The notes below the pieces were generated by a model. It did no database searches, was not told the origin of the DNA, and was given only the letters and a program-made list of their open reading frames with translations. 64,000 bases of DNA from an uncultured cyanobacterium (lineage in GTDB: Bacteria; Cyanobacteriota; Cyanobacteriia; Cyanobacteriales; CAWCAG01). This document shows, piece after piece, positions 1 through 9,667 of this stretch. Made by a program: the position numbers and the translations under genes. How positions within the stretch are numbered: position 1 is the stretch's first letter; the number at the start of each line of letters is the position of its first letter. The stretch spans positions 224,001 through 288,000 of the forward strand of contig CAWDOD010000010.1 in the NCBI GenBank assembly GCA_963803805.1, given 5' to 3'.

Positions 1-105
1 GCAACTGTCTGTGTATGCAAGATAAGGCTCACTTTAGTAGATTAACCCAAGACTTTAAAGATTGCTTTATAGACGGGTTGCTTAGTTATTGAATAATTTT
101 ATATT

Positions 106-1728
106 TTAAAGCCCAATGTTACAGCGATAAAGCTGATAGGGATAACTACCTAATCGATAAAATTGGCTGTTGTCAATATTACACTGAGTTCTATTGATAA
201 TCTGGACAGCAGGGAAGCTTTCATCTAAAAAGCCTGGGGCAATTAACCATAAGTTGCTTGGGGAAACAGATAGTTGAGATATTTGTTGCCAAATTTTTTC
301 ATATCCTTGGGAGTTATCTAGGAAAATAAAGTTAGTTTCTCTGGTTTCTATTCTGACATCTTTTAATGCTAAGGCATAACTCAATCCTAGTGCCAGGTCG
401 AGGGAATTACGGTAGGGAAAGACTATTAAGACAGGTTGTGGAGATTGATTAAAATGGTTGGCTACGGTGGCAGGGAAAAAAGGTTTTTGAAAGGCGAGGT
501 TGAAGGTGACGAAAAGAGAACTGATGATGCCAATACAAATCAGGAAGAAAGGGAAGGTATTTTGTTGTCTCCTGGCGGTTAAACCTGCTGCTAATAAACA
601 TTCAAAAGCAGGAAAGTAAATGAAATTGTAGCGGGGAACGATGGTGATATCTTTTTTCAAGCCATAAACTAAGGCAAGAAATTCTAGTAAAACTAAAACC
701 AGGAAGCAAGTGAGGCTAAAAGTAGAAAGATGGAAACGTTTGTGTTGTCTCATTTGCCTGAAGCCTGCCCAAGTTTGCCAAGCAACCCAGATACCAAAGG
801 CAACGGTGAAAAATATACTAAGAATTTGTATTTTTAAGGGTTGATTTTCTACGGGTAAAACAATAATTGTGGTTAACCAAGCCGCAATTATTTGTAATAA
901 AGGGAGAATATTTTGGGGAGAAGGAAGCCAATCGGTTTTAGGACTGGTGAAATGTTCTAAGAGGATGGGGAACCAGGGAGAAAAGATAGCAATTATTACC
1001 AAGGTGGAGATGGTTAAGTAAGCAAGGTTGATGAGTTTTTCTTTCTTGGTTTTTGGTAAGTAGTAAGTTAATAATAATAATGTTAAAATTTCAGCAACTA
1101 ATGCTAAAATACCAAAATAATGACTATATAAACTAATACCGTTAACCCCAATCCAACTCAACCATGGCAAAGGATTGAGTCGTTGTTTTTGTAAGTCTTT
1201 TTGGATTTGAATTAAATTAATCAAACCCAAAGTAATGAGAAACATGGGCAAAGTATAATGCCTCGCTTCTTGGGAAAGATAAACAGCAAAAGGAGAAACT
1301 GCCATTAAAGCTGCCCCTACTAAACCAGCCTGACGGGAAAAAGCAAGGCGGTTGAGGTAATAAACTGCCCCAATTTCCGCCACTCCAATTAAGGCAGGAA
1401 AGGCCCGTAGTTTCCAAGTTAAAGATTGAGTTAAAGGTGATAAGAGATTTAGCCAACTATGGGTTAAGCAAAAAAATAAGGGGGGATGGGTAGATTGTTG
1501 ATGTAAGTTGTTAGCAATTGTGGTGCAACTAACTTCAGGATTAAGAGTGAAAATTGGTGATAAATTGTGAGGAGAAAAAGTTACATTCACCGGAACATCA
1601 TTAAAGTTTTTGCCTAAACTAAATAAGGCGGTGATTACTTCATCAAGCCAGAATGGTTTAAGGTCTAGATTCAGAAAACGTAAAACTATTCCCAACCCTA
1701 AAATTAATGTTAGTAATAAATATTGCAT
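106..1728 (-). CDS. Glycosyltransferase family 39 / PMT-like membrane glycosyltransferase
   Basis: 540 aa multi-TM ORF with FWLDE, HPPLFF and SQEARHY motifs typical of GT-C/PMT_2 proteins. Confidence 0.8.
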   Translation of the reverse strand: MQYLLLTLILGLGIVLRFLNLDLKPFWLDEVITALFSLGKNFNDVPVNVTFSPHNLSPIFTLNPEVSCTTIANNLHQQSTHPPLFFCLTHSWLNLLSPLTQSLTWKLRAFPALIGVAEIGAVYYLNRLAFSRQAGLVGAALMAVSPFAVYLSQEARHYTLPMFLITLGLINLIQIQKDLQKQRLNPLPWLSWIGVNGISLYSHYFGILALVAEILTLLLLTYYLPKTKKEKLINLAYLTISTLVIIAIFSPWFPILLEHFTSPKTDWLPSPQNILPLLQIIAAWLTTIIVLPVENQPLKIQILSIFFTVAFGIWVAWQTWAGFRQMRQHKRFHLSTFSLTCFLVLVLLEFLALVYGLKKDITIVPRYNFIYFPAFECLLAAGLTARRQQNTFPFFLICIGIISSLFVTFNLAFQKPFFPATVANHFNQSPQPVLIVFPYRNSLDLALGLSYALALKDVRIETRETNFIFLDNSQGYEKIWQQISQLSVSPSNLWLIAPGFLDESFPAVQIINRTQCNIDNSQFYRLGSYPYQLYRCNIGL

Positions 1729-1859
1729 TTCCCGATGTAATACTTTTTAAGCGAAATAAGCTGTCAGGCATTTAATGTACTTATTAGGTTTGATGGGGAG
1801 ATAGGGGGAGAGTTTTAGGGCTTATTTCCTAGTTGAGTAATACACAGTTTAAATGCACA

Positions 1860-2042
1860 TCAGCTTACCAACTCACCAAGATCTTTGTCTCCTGTTATTA
1901 AAGGGGCCTTTTGTTCCTTTGTTTCACCCGCAGCTAGTTTTTCGAGGATTAGTTCAACAGTAATGCAAGTTCCAACAATAACAGGTTTACCCATCATTAC
2001 ATTAAGATGAGATGTAAGTAATTGCTTAAGTTCGGGCTGCAT
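1860..2042 (-). pseudogene. Chimeric remnant of a DUF433 antitoxin and DUF5615/PIN-like toxin
   Basis: N-part MMGKPVIVGTCITVELILEKLAAGET is DUF433-like; C-part LITGDKDLGELV matches the PIN-like LxTxDKDFGELV motif; only 60 aa. Confidence 0.6.
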
Positions 2043-2252
2043 AACTAGAAATCAAATCTCGACTCCCATATCATACCAGATCAGGTTTGATTTCATAGGT
2101 TATTTGTATGAGTAGGGAGTGGGCTGCATAGTTTAAAAAATTAAGTTGATAGATTTTTTAGCGGTACTTTAATAACAGGATTTGATATCAATAAAAAATT
2201 AGTAAACCCTATTGCTACAATTAACAATTAGCCATTAGTCAGCCCTGAAAAA

Positions 2253-4700
2253 ATGTCCCTAGACTCGGAAATAAATGCCACTGATAATTTAGATATTGAT
2301 TGGGATAATCTTTCTTTAGATTTAACCCAGAATCAATATCAAATGTTGCGGGAAAAGGCGATCGCCCAATTACGAAGTACTCTACGTAAAGGACAACTTA
2401 GCTTAGCAGACTGGCAAGGTGGGGCAATGGCAGTATCGGCAGTACCTGGGGCAGGGAAGTCTACGGGTATGGCAGTAGCAGCAGCGATCGCAGTAGCAAA
2501 ACATCAACTTAATTCTCGTCGTCAATTAATTGTAGTTACTTTTACCCGTTCGGCTGCCGCTAGTATTAAAGGAAAGATTAGGGATCGCCTTAAAGAGTTT
2601 CAGATGCCCCAAGGAGGCTTTGTTGTTCATACTTTACATGGTTTAGCCCTTAACATCGCTACCCGCCATCCTGAATTATCCGGACTAAACTTAGCAACAG
2701 CCACCATAGTAATTCCCACTCCTAGCCACCGGATTATGAGGGCTTGCGTCGAAAAATGGCTAGCCCGTCATCCCTCCCAATATAAAATTTTATTGGAAGG
2801 GGTGCAATTTGATGGGGAAGAAACAGAAAGATTGCGTCGCCAGTCTGTCTTACGGACAGAAGTACTGCCTAACTTAGCTTATACAATCATTCATGAAGCA
2901 AAAAGTTCTGGGTTGCTGCCGGAAGAGTTATGGCAACTGAGTAAGCAAGCAGAAGATGACTACAACATCTTAGGAGTAGGGGCTGGCTTATATGAACAGT
3001 ATCAACAAATCATGCGATCGCGGGATTTTATTGATTATGATGATATGATTCTGGCTGCTTTAAAGGTGTTGGAAAATCCCGCTATTCGGCAAATGTGGCA
3101 ACAACAAGTCTTTGCTGTTTTTGAAGATGAGGCCCAGGATTCTAGCCCTTTGCAAGAAAAACTTCTCAAAATCATTGCTGCCAATCCTAGTAGTAACAAC
3201 CCTAGTATTAATCTCGTTAGGGTAGGAGATCCCAACCAAGCAATCAACTCCACTTTCACCCCTGCTGATCCTCTTTACTTTAACTGGTTTTGTGATACCT
3301 GCAAAGCCAAAAATAGCCTTTCAACCATGGATCAAGCTGGGCGTAGTAGCAAGATTATTATAGATGCTGCTAACTTTGTGCTTCATTGGGTAGATCGTGA
3401 AATTCAAAATTCAAAATTCAAAATTCAAAATTCGGAAGTTATTGATGCAAGATTTCTCGTCGGAGAAGAGGAAGGAAGAGAAATTCTTCTGCCGCAATCT
3501 TTTCGTTTGCAAAACATCCAGCCAGTAGATAGGAATGATCCACAACCAGATGCCAACCCTAAACCGGAGGGTGCAGGGTTGGAAATTTATACCCCTAGTG
3601 ACATCTGTGAGACTGTAGACTTAATTGGCAAGAGGATTAAGGACTTATTTGCCCAAAACCCCAAAAAAAATGCTGCTGTCTTGGTTAGAGAAAATCGTCA
3701 AGGACGTTTTGTGGCTGAAAAACTGCACCATTTACAAAAAGAACAGGGCATTCCCATTTATGAAGTAGGAGAAGCAGAGCGTCATTCTCATATTCCCATT
3801 GAGATTCTCAAATTACTCAAATTTTTGGCCCGTCCCCATTCTCCAGATTATTTGAAAGGGGCTTTAGAAGTATTAGAAAAACGCAGTTTAATCGCCACCC
3901 AAGACTTAAACGCCTTAGCAACCTTCCCAGAACAATTCCTTTATCCAGCCCCCCTTGATCCTCCCCAAAAACCTCAAGTAGAACAAGCAAAGAAGTTTTG
4001 TTGCAACCTCCTCAAAGCCCGGTTAGAATTGCCCCACTACCAGCTTATTTCTTTCCTCGCCTTAAGTTTGAAGTATACAGGTTCAGAACTAGCTACAGCA
4101 CAAAAGTTAGCAGAAAGAATTAGTAAGGAAACTGTGGGTAAGAGTTCCTTACAAACCACTTTAGAAGTATTAGGAGAAATCGTCAACTCAGAACAGTTTG
4201 AAGCTGTAGAAGAAGAAAGCGAAGACCAATATACCAAAAAAGGTCAGTTAACTATTATCACCATGCACAAAGCCAAGGGTTTAGATTGGGACTATGTTTT
4301 TCTGCCCTTCTTACACGAAGACTCTATTCCTGGCAAACCTTGGGTTCCCAACGCCGCTAAGTTCTTAGGTAACTTTACCCTAGCAGAAGTTGCCCGGGCC
4401 CAAATTCGTGCTGGGGTACATAGCCAACATCTTCAACCAGACTTACCCCTCAATTTACCCCAACCAGAACAGGCTTGGCAAGAAGCAGGTTATTTAAAAA
4501 AAGCTGAAGAGTTTCGTCTTTTATATGTGGCTATGACGAGGGCAAAACGTTTGTTATGGATGTCTGCTGCCGAACAAGGGCCTTTCCGTTGGAATACTTT
4601 TCGCAGTTTCCAAGGCACAAATTTCCAAAACAAGAATCCTTGTCCCGTTATTCCAGCTTTGAAACGAAGGTTTCCTAACTCAGTTTTCACTTATAACTAA
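2253..4700 (+). CDS. UvrD/REP-family ATP-dependent DNA helicase
   Basis: AVPGAGKS, VTFTRSAA, DEAQD, VGDPNQAI, TMHKAKGLDWD and LYVAMTRAK SF1 motifs. Confidence 0.9.
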   Translation: MSLDSEINATDNLDIDWDNLSLDLTQNQYQMLREKAIAQLRSTLRKGQLSLADWQGGAMAVSAVPGAGKSTGMAVAAAIAVAKHQLNSRRQLIVVTFTRSAAASIKGKIRDRLKEFQMPQGGFVVHTLHGLALNIATRHPELSGLNLATATIVIPTPSHRIMRACVEKWLARHPSQYKILLEGVQFDGEETERLRRQSVLRTEVLPNLAYTIIHEAKSSGLLPEELWQLSKQAEDDYNILGVGAGLYEQYQQIMRSRDFIDYDDMILAALKVLENPAIRQMWQQQVFAVFEDEAQDSSPLQEKLLKIIAANPSSNNPSINLVRVGDPNQAINSTFTPADPLYFNWFCDTCKAKNSLSTMDQAGRSSKIIIDAANFVLHWVDREIQNSKFKIQNSEVIDARFLVGEEEGREILLPQSFRLQNIQPVDRNDPQPDANPKPEGAGLEIYTPSDICETVDLIGKRIKDLFAQNPKKNAAVLVRENRQGRFVAEKLHHLQKEQGIPIYEVGEAERHSHIPIEILKLLKFLARPHSPDYLKGALEVLEKRSLIATQDLNALATFPEQFLYPAPLDPPQKPQVEQAKKFCCNLLKARLELPHYQLISFLALSLKYTGSELATAQKLAERISKETVGKSSLQTTLEVLGEIVNSEQFEAVEEESEDQYTKKGQLTIITMHKAKGLDWDYVFLPFLHEDSIPGKPWVPNAAKFLGNFTLAEVARAQIRAGVHSQHLQPDLPLNLPQPEQAWQEAGYLKKAEEFRLLYVAMTRAKRLLWMSAAEQGPFRWNTFRSFQGTNFQNKNPCPVIPALKRRFPNSVFTYN
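3400..3433 (+). repeat. Heptamer tandem repeat (AAATTCA) x ~5 inside the helicase CDS
   Basis: aaattca aaattca aaattca aaattca aaattc, read as IQNSKFKIQNS. Confidence 0.9.
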
Positions 4701-4722
4701 AGAAACCCAAACTATTAGCTAA

Positions 4723-5148
4723 ATGAATTATACCGAAACCAAAACCGAGCATTTTATACCAATCAAAAACATAGAAGAGCCAGTTATCATTAACTACTTT
4801 GCTACCATTAACCAAGGAAAATTCGTAGAAACGGCTGCTTTATTCGCTGAGGAAGGAAAGTTGTTAGCCCCCTTCGAGAAACCTATCATAGGTAAAGAGG
4901 CGATCGCAACTTATTTAAGCAAAGAAGCTAAGGGGATGAAGTTGTTACCCCACCAAGGAATACATGAATCAACTGAGGATGATTTAGTAGAGATAATTAA
5001 GGTGACAGGGCAAGTAAAAACTTCTTTGTTTAGTGTCAATGTAGCTTGGCATTTTTGTTTAAACTCAGACCAGCAAATCACCACAGCTAAGATTAAGTTA
5101 CTAGCATCACCACAGGAATTGTTAGGTTTGCAACAAAAACGTAATTGA
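4723..5148 (+). CDS. CTDH: NTF2-like homolog of the orange carotenoid protein C-terminal domain
   Basis: NYFATIN, PFEKPIIG, VNVAWHF and KLLASPQELL match OCP-CTD/CTDH motifs; adjacent to an HCP gene. Confidence 0.85.
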   Translation: MNYTETKTEHFIPIKNIEEPVIINYFATINQGKFVETAALFAEEGKLLAPFEKPIIGKEAIATYLSKEAKGMKLLPHQGIHESTEDDLVEIIKVTGQVKTSLFSVNVAWHFCLNSDQQITTAKIKLLASPQELLGLQQKRN

Positions 5149-5355
5149 GTCAAGAAAGGCAATAAGTGATGAGCAATAGGAAATAGGCTAGTAAACAATT
5201 AATTTTTAAAGTCTCTACCCAAAGTTAAATATTAGCTTCAATGTTTCTCTACCTTTATACAGTTCTCTATCATGTCGAAAATTAATTAGCTTGAAGATTA
5301 GTAGCTTCAAGCAATTAAAGCTCAGAAAATAGCAAACCGGAGATCAATTAATAAT

Positions 5356-5838
5356 ATGGCTACAGCCAGTTCAGAACACAATATTGATGGCATACTAAGC
5401 AGCTATAACAACCTATCTACAGATGAAAAACTAGCTCTTCTTTGGTATGTTTACAAGAAAATGGGAACATCCATAACTCCTGCTGCCCCAGGAGCAGCCG
5501 GAGATACAATTGCAGAAGGATTGTTTGATCAAGTCAAAGAATTGTCTTTTGAAGAGCAATTGGATGCACAGCGTAAGATTATTGAAGGACAAGATACTCT
5601 TATTTCCCGTGAGTATGGTTCTTTAAGCGAAAACACTAAACTATATTTCTGGTATCGTTTAGCACAGGGAATGGATGCAGGAACCATTGTTCCTGTACCT
5701 GATGATTATGAACCTACTGGTAGTGTCAACCAAGTTTTATCTCAAATTGAAGGGATGGAGTTTCAACAGCAAATTACTGTCCTTAGAGATGCTGTAGTTG
5801 GTGGTGGTGCAGAACCAAAATCTGGTGCAGAAGTATAG
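5356..5838 (+). CDS. Helical carotenoid protein (HCP, OCP N-terminal domain homolog)
   Basis: LALLWYVYKKMG..ITPAAPGAA, NTKLYFWYRLAQGM and QQITVLRDAV motifs. Confidence 0.9.
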   Translation: MATASSEHNIDGILSSYNNLSTDEKLALLWYVYKKMGTSITPAAPGAAGDTIAEGLFDQVKELSFEEQLDAQRKIIEGQDTLISREYGSLSENTKLYFWYRLAQGMDAGTIVPVPDDYEPTGSVNQVLSQIEGMEFQQQITVLRDAVVGGGAEPKSGAEV

Positions 5839-5881
5839 TTTTTTCCCTTTAAGTTAGTTGATTTATAGTCTAAACTAAGCG

Positions 5882-5906
5882 AAGTCCGTTCTGCGGACTT
5901 TTTTTT
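5882..5906 (+). terminator. Intrinsic terminator after HCP
   Basis: AAGTCCG-ttctg-CGGACTT hairpin followed by a T tract. Confidence 0.75.
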
Positions 5907-5930
5907 AGTATCAGGAATTAAACTAGTTTT

Positions 5931-6305
5931 ATGGTAAAAATATTCTTAACTATCGCTGCAATTTTAGGGGGTTTATCCGTAGCAGGAGGAGCATTCGCTA
6001 GCCATGCTCTGAAAACTCAATTAAGCGATCGCGCTTTAGAGATTTTCGAGACGGGAACTCAGTACCAAATGTACCATGCCCTAGCTTTATTATTGGTGGC
6101 TTTATTGTTAACTCAAACAGAAAATTCTTTACTTTTAACTATTTCCGGTAGCGCTTTTATTACTGGGATAGTGATTTTTTCTGGTAGTTTATATGCCTTA
6201 AGTTTAACAGGAATTAAGTGGCTAGGAGCCATTACCCCTATCGGTGGTGTCGCTTTTTTGATTGGTTGGGGCTGTTTGGCGATCGCCCCTAAGAATTTCC
6301 CCTAG
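5931..6305 (+). CDS. DUF423 family small membrane protein
   Basis: GAFASH, YQMYHAL, FSGSLY and ITPIGG motifs. Confidence 0.85.
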   Translation: MVKIFLTIAAILGGLSVAGGAFASHALKTQLSDRALEIFETGTQYQMYHALALLLVALLLTQTENSLLLTISGSAFITGIVIFSGSLYALSLTGIKWLGAITPIGGVAFLIGWGCLAIAPKNFP

Positions 6306-6322
6306 AATTATTCCCTCTTAAA

Positions 6323-8032
6323 CTACCCTAAGCAACTTTCTAAATAAACTTGTGCCACTTTATCATCAGCATTTTGCTTTAAACATTTTTGAAACAATCG
6401 TTTTGCCTCTTGAAAGTATTGACGTTCATAAAGACTTAAAGCTTGGGCAAATAATTCTTTTGTGGCTAGCTTTTTCTTCCTAACTTCCGGTAAATCAGCA
6501 GCACAAACTTCATATACAGTCACCTCTTCCAATTTACCTTTAACCCTTACTTTCGCAATGCGGCGTAAAGCATAATCTCCAGGATTTTGAAGAGAGGAAA
6601 AAGTATGATGAGAAATCAAGAAAGATACTTGATATTCTCTAGTTAATTTCTCTATGCGGGAAGCTAAATTAACAGCATCACTAATTACTGTACTATCCAT
6701 TCTAGATTGTCCCCCAACCACTCCTAGCATTAAAGAACCTGTATTAATACCAAGACCAATTTGCACAGGTATATCGTCTAAATGCTGATTGTTTTTGTTA
6801 AATTCAGCCAACAAATTTAACATAGCTAAACCAGCTTGAACTGCTTCATCAGCACTCCCCCCAAACAGAGCCATAATAGCATCACCAATATATTTATCAA
6901 TGAAACCATTATTATTAATAATTGCTGGTTCCATACAGAGAAAATAGGAATTAATAAACTTAAAATTATCTTGGGGAGTCATCTTTTCACTTAGGGTAGT
7001 AAAATTACGAATATCCGCAAAAAGCACTGACATTTCTTGCTGTACCGACTCCCCTAGTTCCACCTCAACAATACTTTGCTTATTTAATAGTTGCAGAAAC
7101 TGCCTGGGAACAAAGCGTTCGTTAGCAAGATTAAGCTCAAAAAGTTCGTGAGTAAATTTAGCCCGTTCTAACTCAGCTTTTTTGCGATCGCTAATATCCT
7201 GCATAACATTAATGCCATAGATGATATTCCCTTGTTCATCATAAATTGGTGTTGCCCAAGTTTCGATGGGAATGGTTTTGTTACCTATGTGAATTTCTAA
7301 ATCATTTGCCATTGCCGCTTCTCCCCGCAAGGCTTTAACAATAGGAAATTCTTCTATCGGATAAATTTGGTTTGTTCCTGCTTTATAAACCCCATAGGTT
7401 TGAGCTAAGTTTTGATAATTAACCTGTGGAGAAATAGTTTTACCTAATAATTCTTGGGCTTTTTGGTTAACATAATAGGGTTTACCTTCTGCATCAATCA
7501 CCCCCACTCCTACAGGTATGGCTTCTAAAAATTGAGTTAAGTGATTTCTGTTTTCATTGAGTTGAGTAATTAGTTCTGCTTGTTGCTGATTTAATTGCTG
7601 AAGTTTGAGGGTTTGTTCAGCTAATTTCTGTTTTTGAAAATAACTATGAATTGCTTCATTAACAGTTAAACTAAGGTCTTCTATTTGCCAAGGTTTAGCT
7701 ATATAACGATATAAATTAGCATACTTGATCGCATTACTGATCCCTTCAACACTAGCTTGTCCTGTGAGTAAAATCTTGAGAGTTTGGGGCGAAATATTGT
7801 GAATGAGCCTAAGTAATTCATCCCCTTTTAAATTAGGCATAATATAATCAGACAAAACTAGGGGAATATGATGCTTTTGTCCTAAAAGTTCTTCAACTAG
7901 CTCTAAAGCCTCTGCGGCAGTTTCTACAGTTTCAATCAGATAATCATCCCCAAAAATTTGAGACAATTCTCTTTCTAAGCTCTCTAAGATAATTGGTTCA
8001 TCATCGACACAAATAATAACAGGTCTATTCAT
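6323..8032 (-). CDS. Receiver-PAS-class III adenylate/guanylate cyclase
   Basis: REC (CVDDE, SDYIMP, KPW), PAS, cyclase motifs FADIRNFT, KYIGDA, TVISDAVNLASR; TPR-like tail. Confidence 0.9.
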   Translation of the reverse strand: MNRPVIICVDDEPIILESLERELSQIFGDDYLIETVETAAEALELVEELLGQKHHIPLVLSDYIMPNLKGDELLRLIHNISPQTLKILLTGQASVEGISNAIKYANLYRYIAKPWQIEDLSLTVNEAIHSYFQKQKLAEQTLKLQQLNQQQAELITQLNENRNHLTQFLEAIPVGVGVIDAEGKPYYVNQKAQELLGKTISPQVNYQNLAQTYGVYKAGTNQIYPIEEFPIVKALRGEAAMANDLEIHIGNKTIPIETWATPIYDEQGNIIYGINVMQDISDRKKAELERAKFTHELFELNLANERFVPRQFLQLLNKQSIVEVELGESVQQEMSVLFADIRNFTTLSEKMTPQDNFKFINSYFLCMEPAIINNNGFIDKYIGDAIMALFGGSADEAVQAGLAMLNLLAEFNKNNQHLDDIPVQIGLGINTGSLMLGVVGGQSRMDSTVISDAVNLASRIEKLTREYQVSFLISHHTFSSLQNPGDYALRRIAKVRVKGKLEEVTVYEVCAADLPEVRKKKLATKELFAQALSLYERQYFQEAKRLFQKCLKQNADDKVAQVYLESCLG

Positions 8033-8272
8033 AAACTATAGTAAGCTATTTATCTTCAGAGTTATCTATTGGGGCTAGGCAATAAACAATAATTGATAAT
8101 GGAGAATTGATGATTCTCAGTTAATAATAAGTTAAGATAGTGTAGCATTTGTCAAGCTATTGAACAAGATATAATAGTTCTTATAGAGATGATGTACAGT
8201 TTAGACTCTGATTTTTGTGCTTTTGCTAATTATTAATTGTCTTCTTCTTGGAACTGATAACTAAATTAATTT

Positions 8273-8635
8273 ATGGGTAAACAAACTTTTGAAAACTTGC
8301 CAGTCTATCAACTAGCCGAACAACTTGCTAATGAAGTTTGGACTCTTGTTAAAAATTGGGACTTTTTTGCCCAAGACACTGTAGGGAAAAGCTTAGTTAA
8401 TGCAGCAGATCGAATTGGAGCGAGGATAGCCGAAGGAAATGGACGTGATAATTTAGTAGACAATAGACGCTTCGTTAAACTTGCTAAGGGTTCTTTATAC
8501 GAAACTATTCATTGGTTGAGGATAGCTTATAATCGCCATCTTTTAACCGCAGCCGAAATTAATCAAGTTAGGGAAATTATCATTAAATTAGCTCCTCAAC
8601 TCAGGGCTTATTTAAAAACTTTGGAAGAAAATTAA
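8273..8635 (+). CDS. Four-helix bundle protein (23S rRNA-IVP-like family)
   Basis: FENLPVYQ, RIAEGNGR and AKGSLYET motifs. Confidence 0.8.
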   Translation: MGKQTFENLPVYQLAEQLANEVWTLVKNWDFFAQDTVGKSLVNAADRIGARIAEGNGRDNLVDNRRFVKLAKGSLYETIHWLRIAYNRHLLTAAEINQVREIIIKLAPQLRAYLKTLEEN

Positions 8636-8657
8636 TTTATTGTAACCAAATTTGGTA

Positions 8658-9638
8658 TTAATTGTTCTCCGGCAAGGGAGGAACTTTGGCTAAAGCTTCT
8701 TCAATCACTAGAGAATCAGCACCAGGTAAATAGACATTTTCGCTAATGTGACGTTTCCACGCTTTAGAGCCTGGTTGCCCAGAAAATAATTGTAGTAGAT
8801 GGCGACTGATGGAGTTTAACTTCAACCCCTTACTTAACCAATAATCGATATAGGGAAGCATTTTTGCAATAACTTCCTGGCGAGTTAACACAGCTTTGGA
8901 GTCGCCATAAATTTCTTGATCTACGGTAGCAAAAAGGTAGGGATTATCATAAGCTGCCCTGCCCACCATAACAGCATCAACATATTGATACTGTTCCTTG
9001 ATTTTTTCTAAGGTAGTAATACCGCCATTTATTTCAATAAAAAGCTGAGGAAAGTCTTCCTTGAGGTGATAGATATCTTCATAACGCAAAGGGGGAATGT
9101 GACGATTTTCTTTCGGGCTTAAACCTTTTAACCAAGCTTTCCTCGCATGAACAGTGAAGCGTTGACAACCTGCCGCTGCAACAATTTTAACAAAGTTAGC
9201 CATATCTTCATAGCTATCTTGTTCATCAATACCAATACGATGTTTCACAGTTACGGGTAGGGATGTTGCCTGTTGCATTGCTGCCACAGCCCAAGCAACT
9301 TTTTCTGGTTGCGCCATTAAACAAGCCCCAAAGTTACCATCTTGAACACGACTACTCGGACAACCGACATTGAGATTAACTTCGTCATAACCCCAATCTT
9401 CAGCAATGCGGGCGCATTCTGCTAACTCCTGGGGATTGTCACCACCAATTTGTAAAGATAAAGGTTTCTCTTCTAAGGAAAAATCTAATAATTTGTGGCG
9501 ATCGCCCCGTAAGATAGCTGCGGAGGTAATCATTTCTGTATAAAGTAAAGTATGACCTGTGATGGCACGCATAAAGTAGCGAAAATGCCGATCTGTGCGA
9601 TCCATCATTGGTGCAATACTAAGAGGATTGAAAAGCAT
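8658..9638 (-). CDS. dusA: tRNA dihydrouridine(20/20a) synthase
   Basis: APMMDRTDRHFR, NLNVGCPS, VHARKAWLKGLSPKENR. Confidence 0.92.
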   Translation of the reverse strand: MLFNPLSIAPMMDRTDRHFRYFMRAITGHTLLYTEMITSAAILRGDRHKLLDFSLEEKPLSLQIGGDNPQELAECARIAEDWGYDEVNLNVGCPSSRVQDGNFGACLMAQPEKVAWAVAAMQQATSLPVTVKHRIGIDEQDSYEDMANFVKIVAAAGCQRFTVHARKAWLKGLSPKENRHIPPLRYEDIYHLKEDFPQLFIEINGGITTLEKIKEQYQYVDAVMVGRAAYDNPYLFATVDQEIYGDSKAVLTRQEVIAKMLPYIDYWLSKGLKLNSISRHLLQLFSGQPGSKAWKRHISENVYLPGADSLVIEEALAKVPPLPENN

Positions 9639-9640
9639 TT

Positions 9641-9667
9641 TCAGTTATCAGTTATCAGTTATCAATT
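9641..9667. repeat. Heptamer repeat (TCAGTTA) x3+ spanning the kinase stop codon and dusA leader
   Basis: tcagtta tcagtta tcagtta tcaatt. Confidence 0.8.

Noticed and set aside
8273-8635. Four-helix bundle protein as the Avd of a diversity-generating retroelement
   Set aside because: No reverse transcriptase and no TR/VR repeat pair seen in the window; stand-alone copies are common in cyanobacteria.
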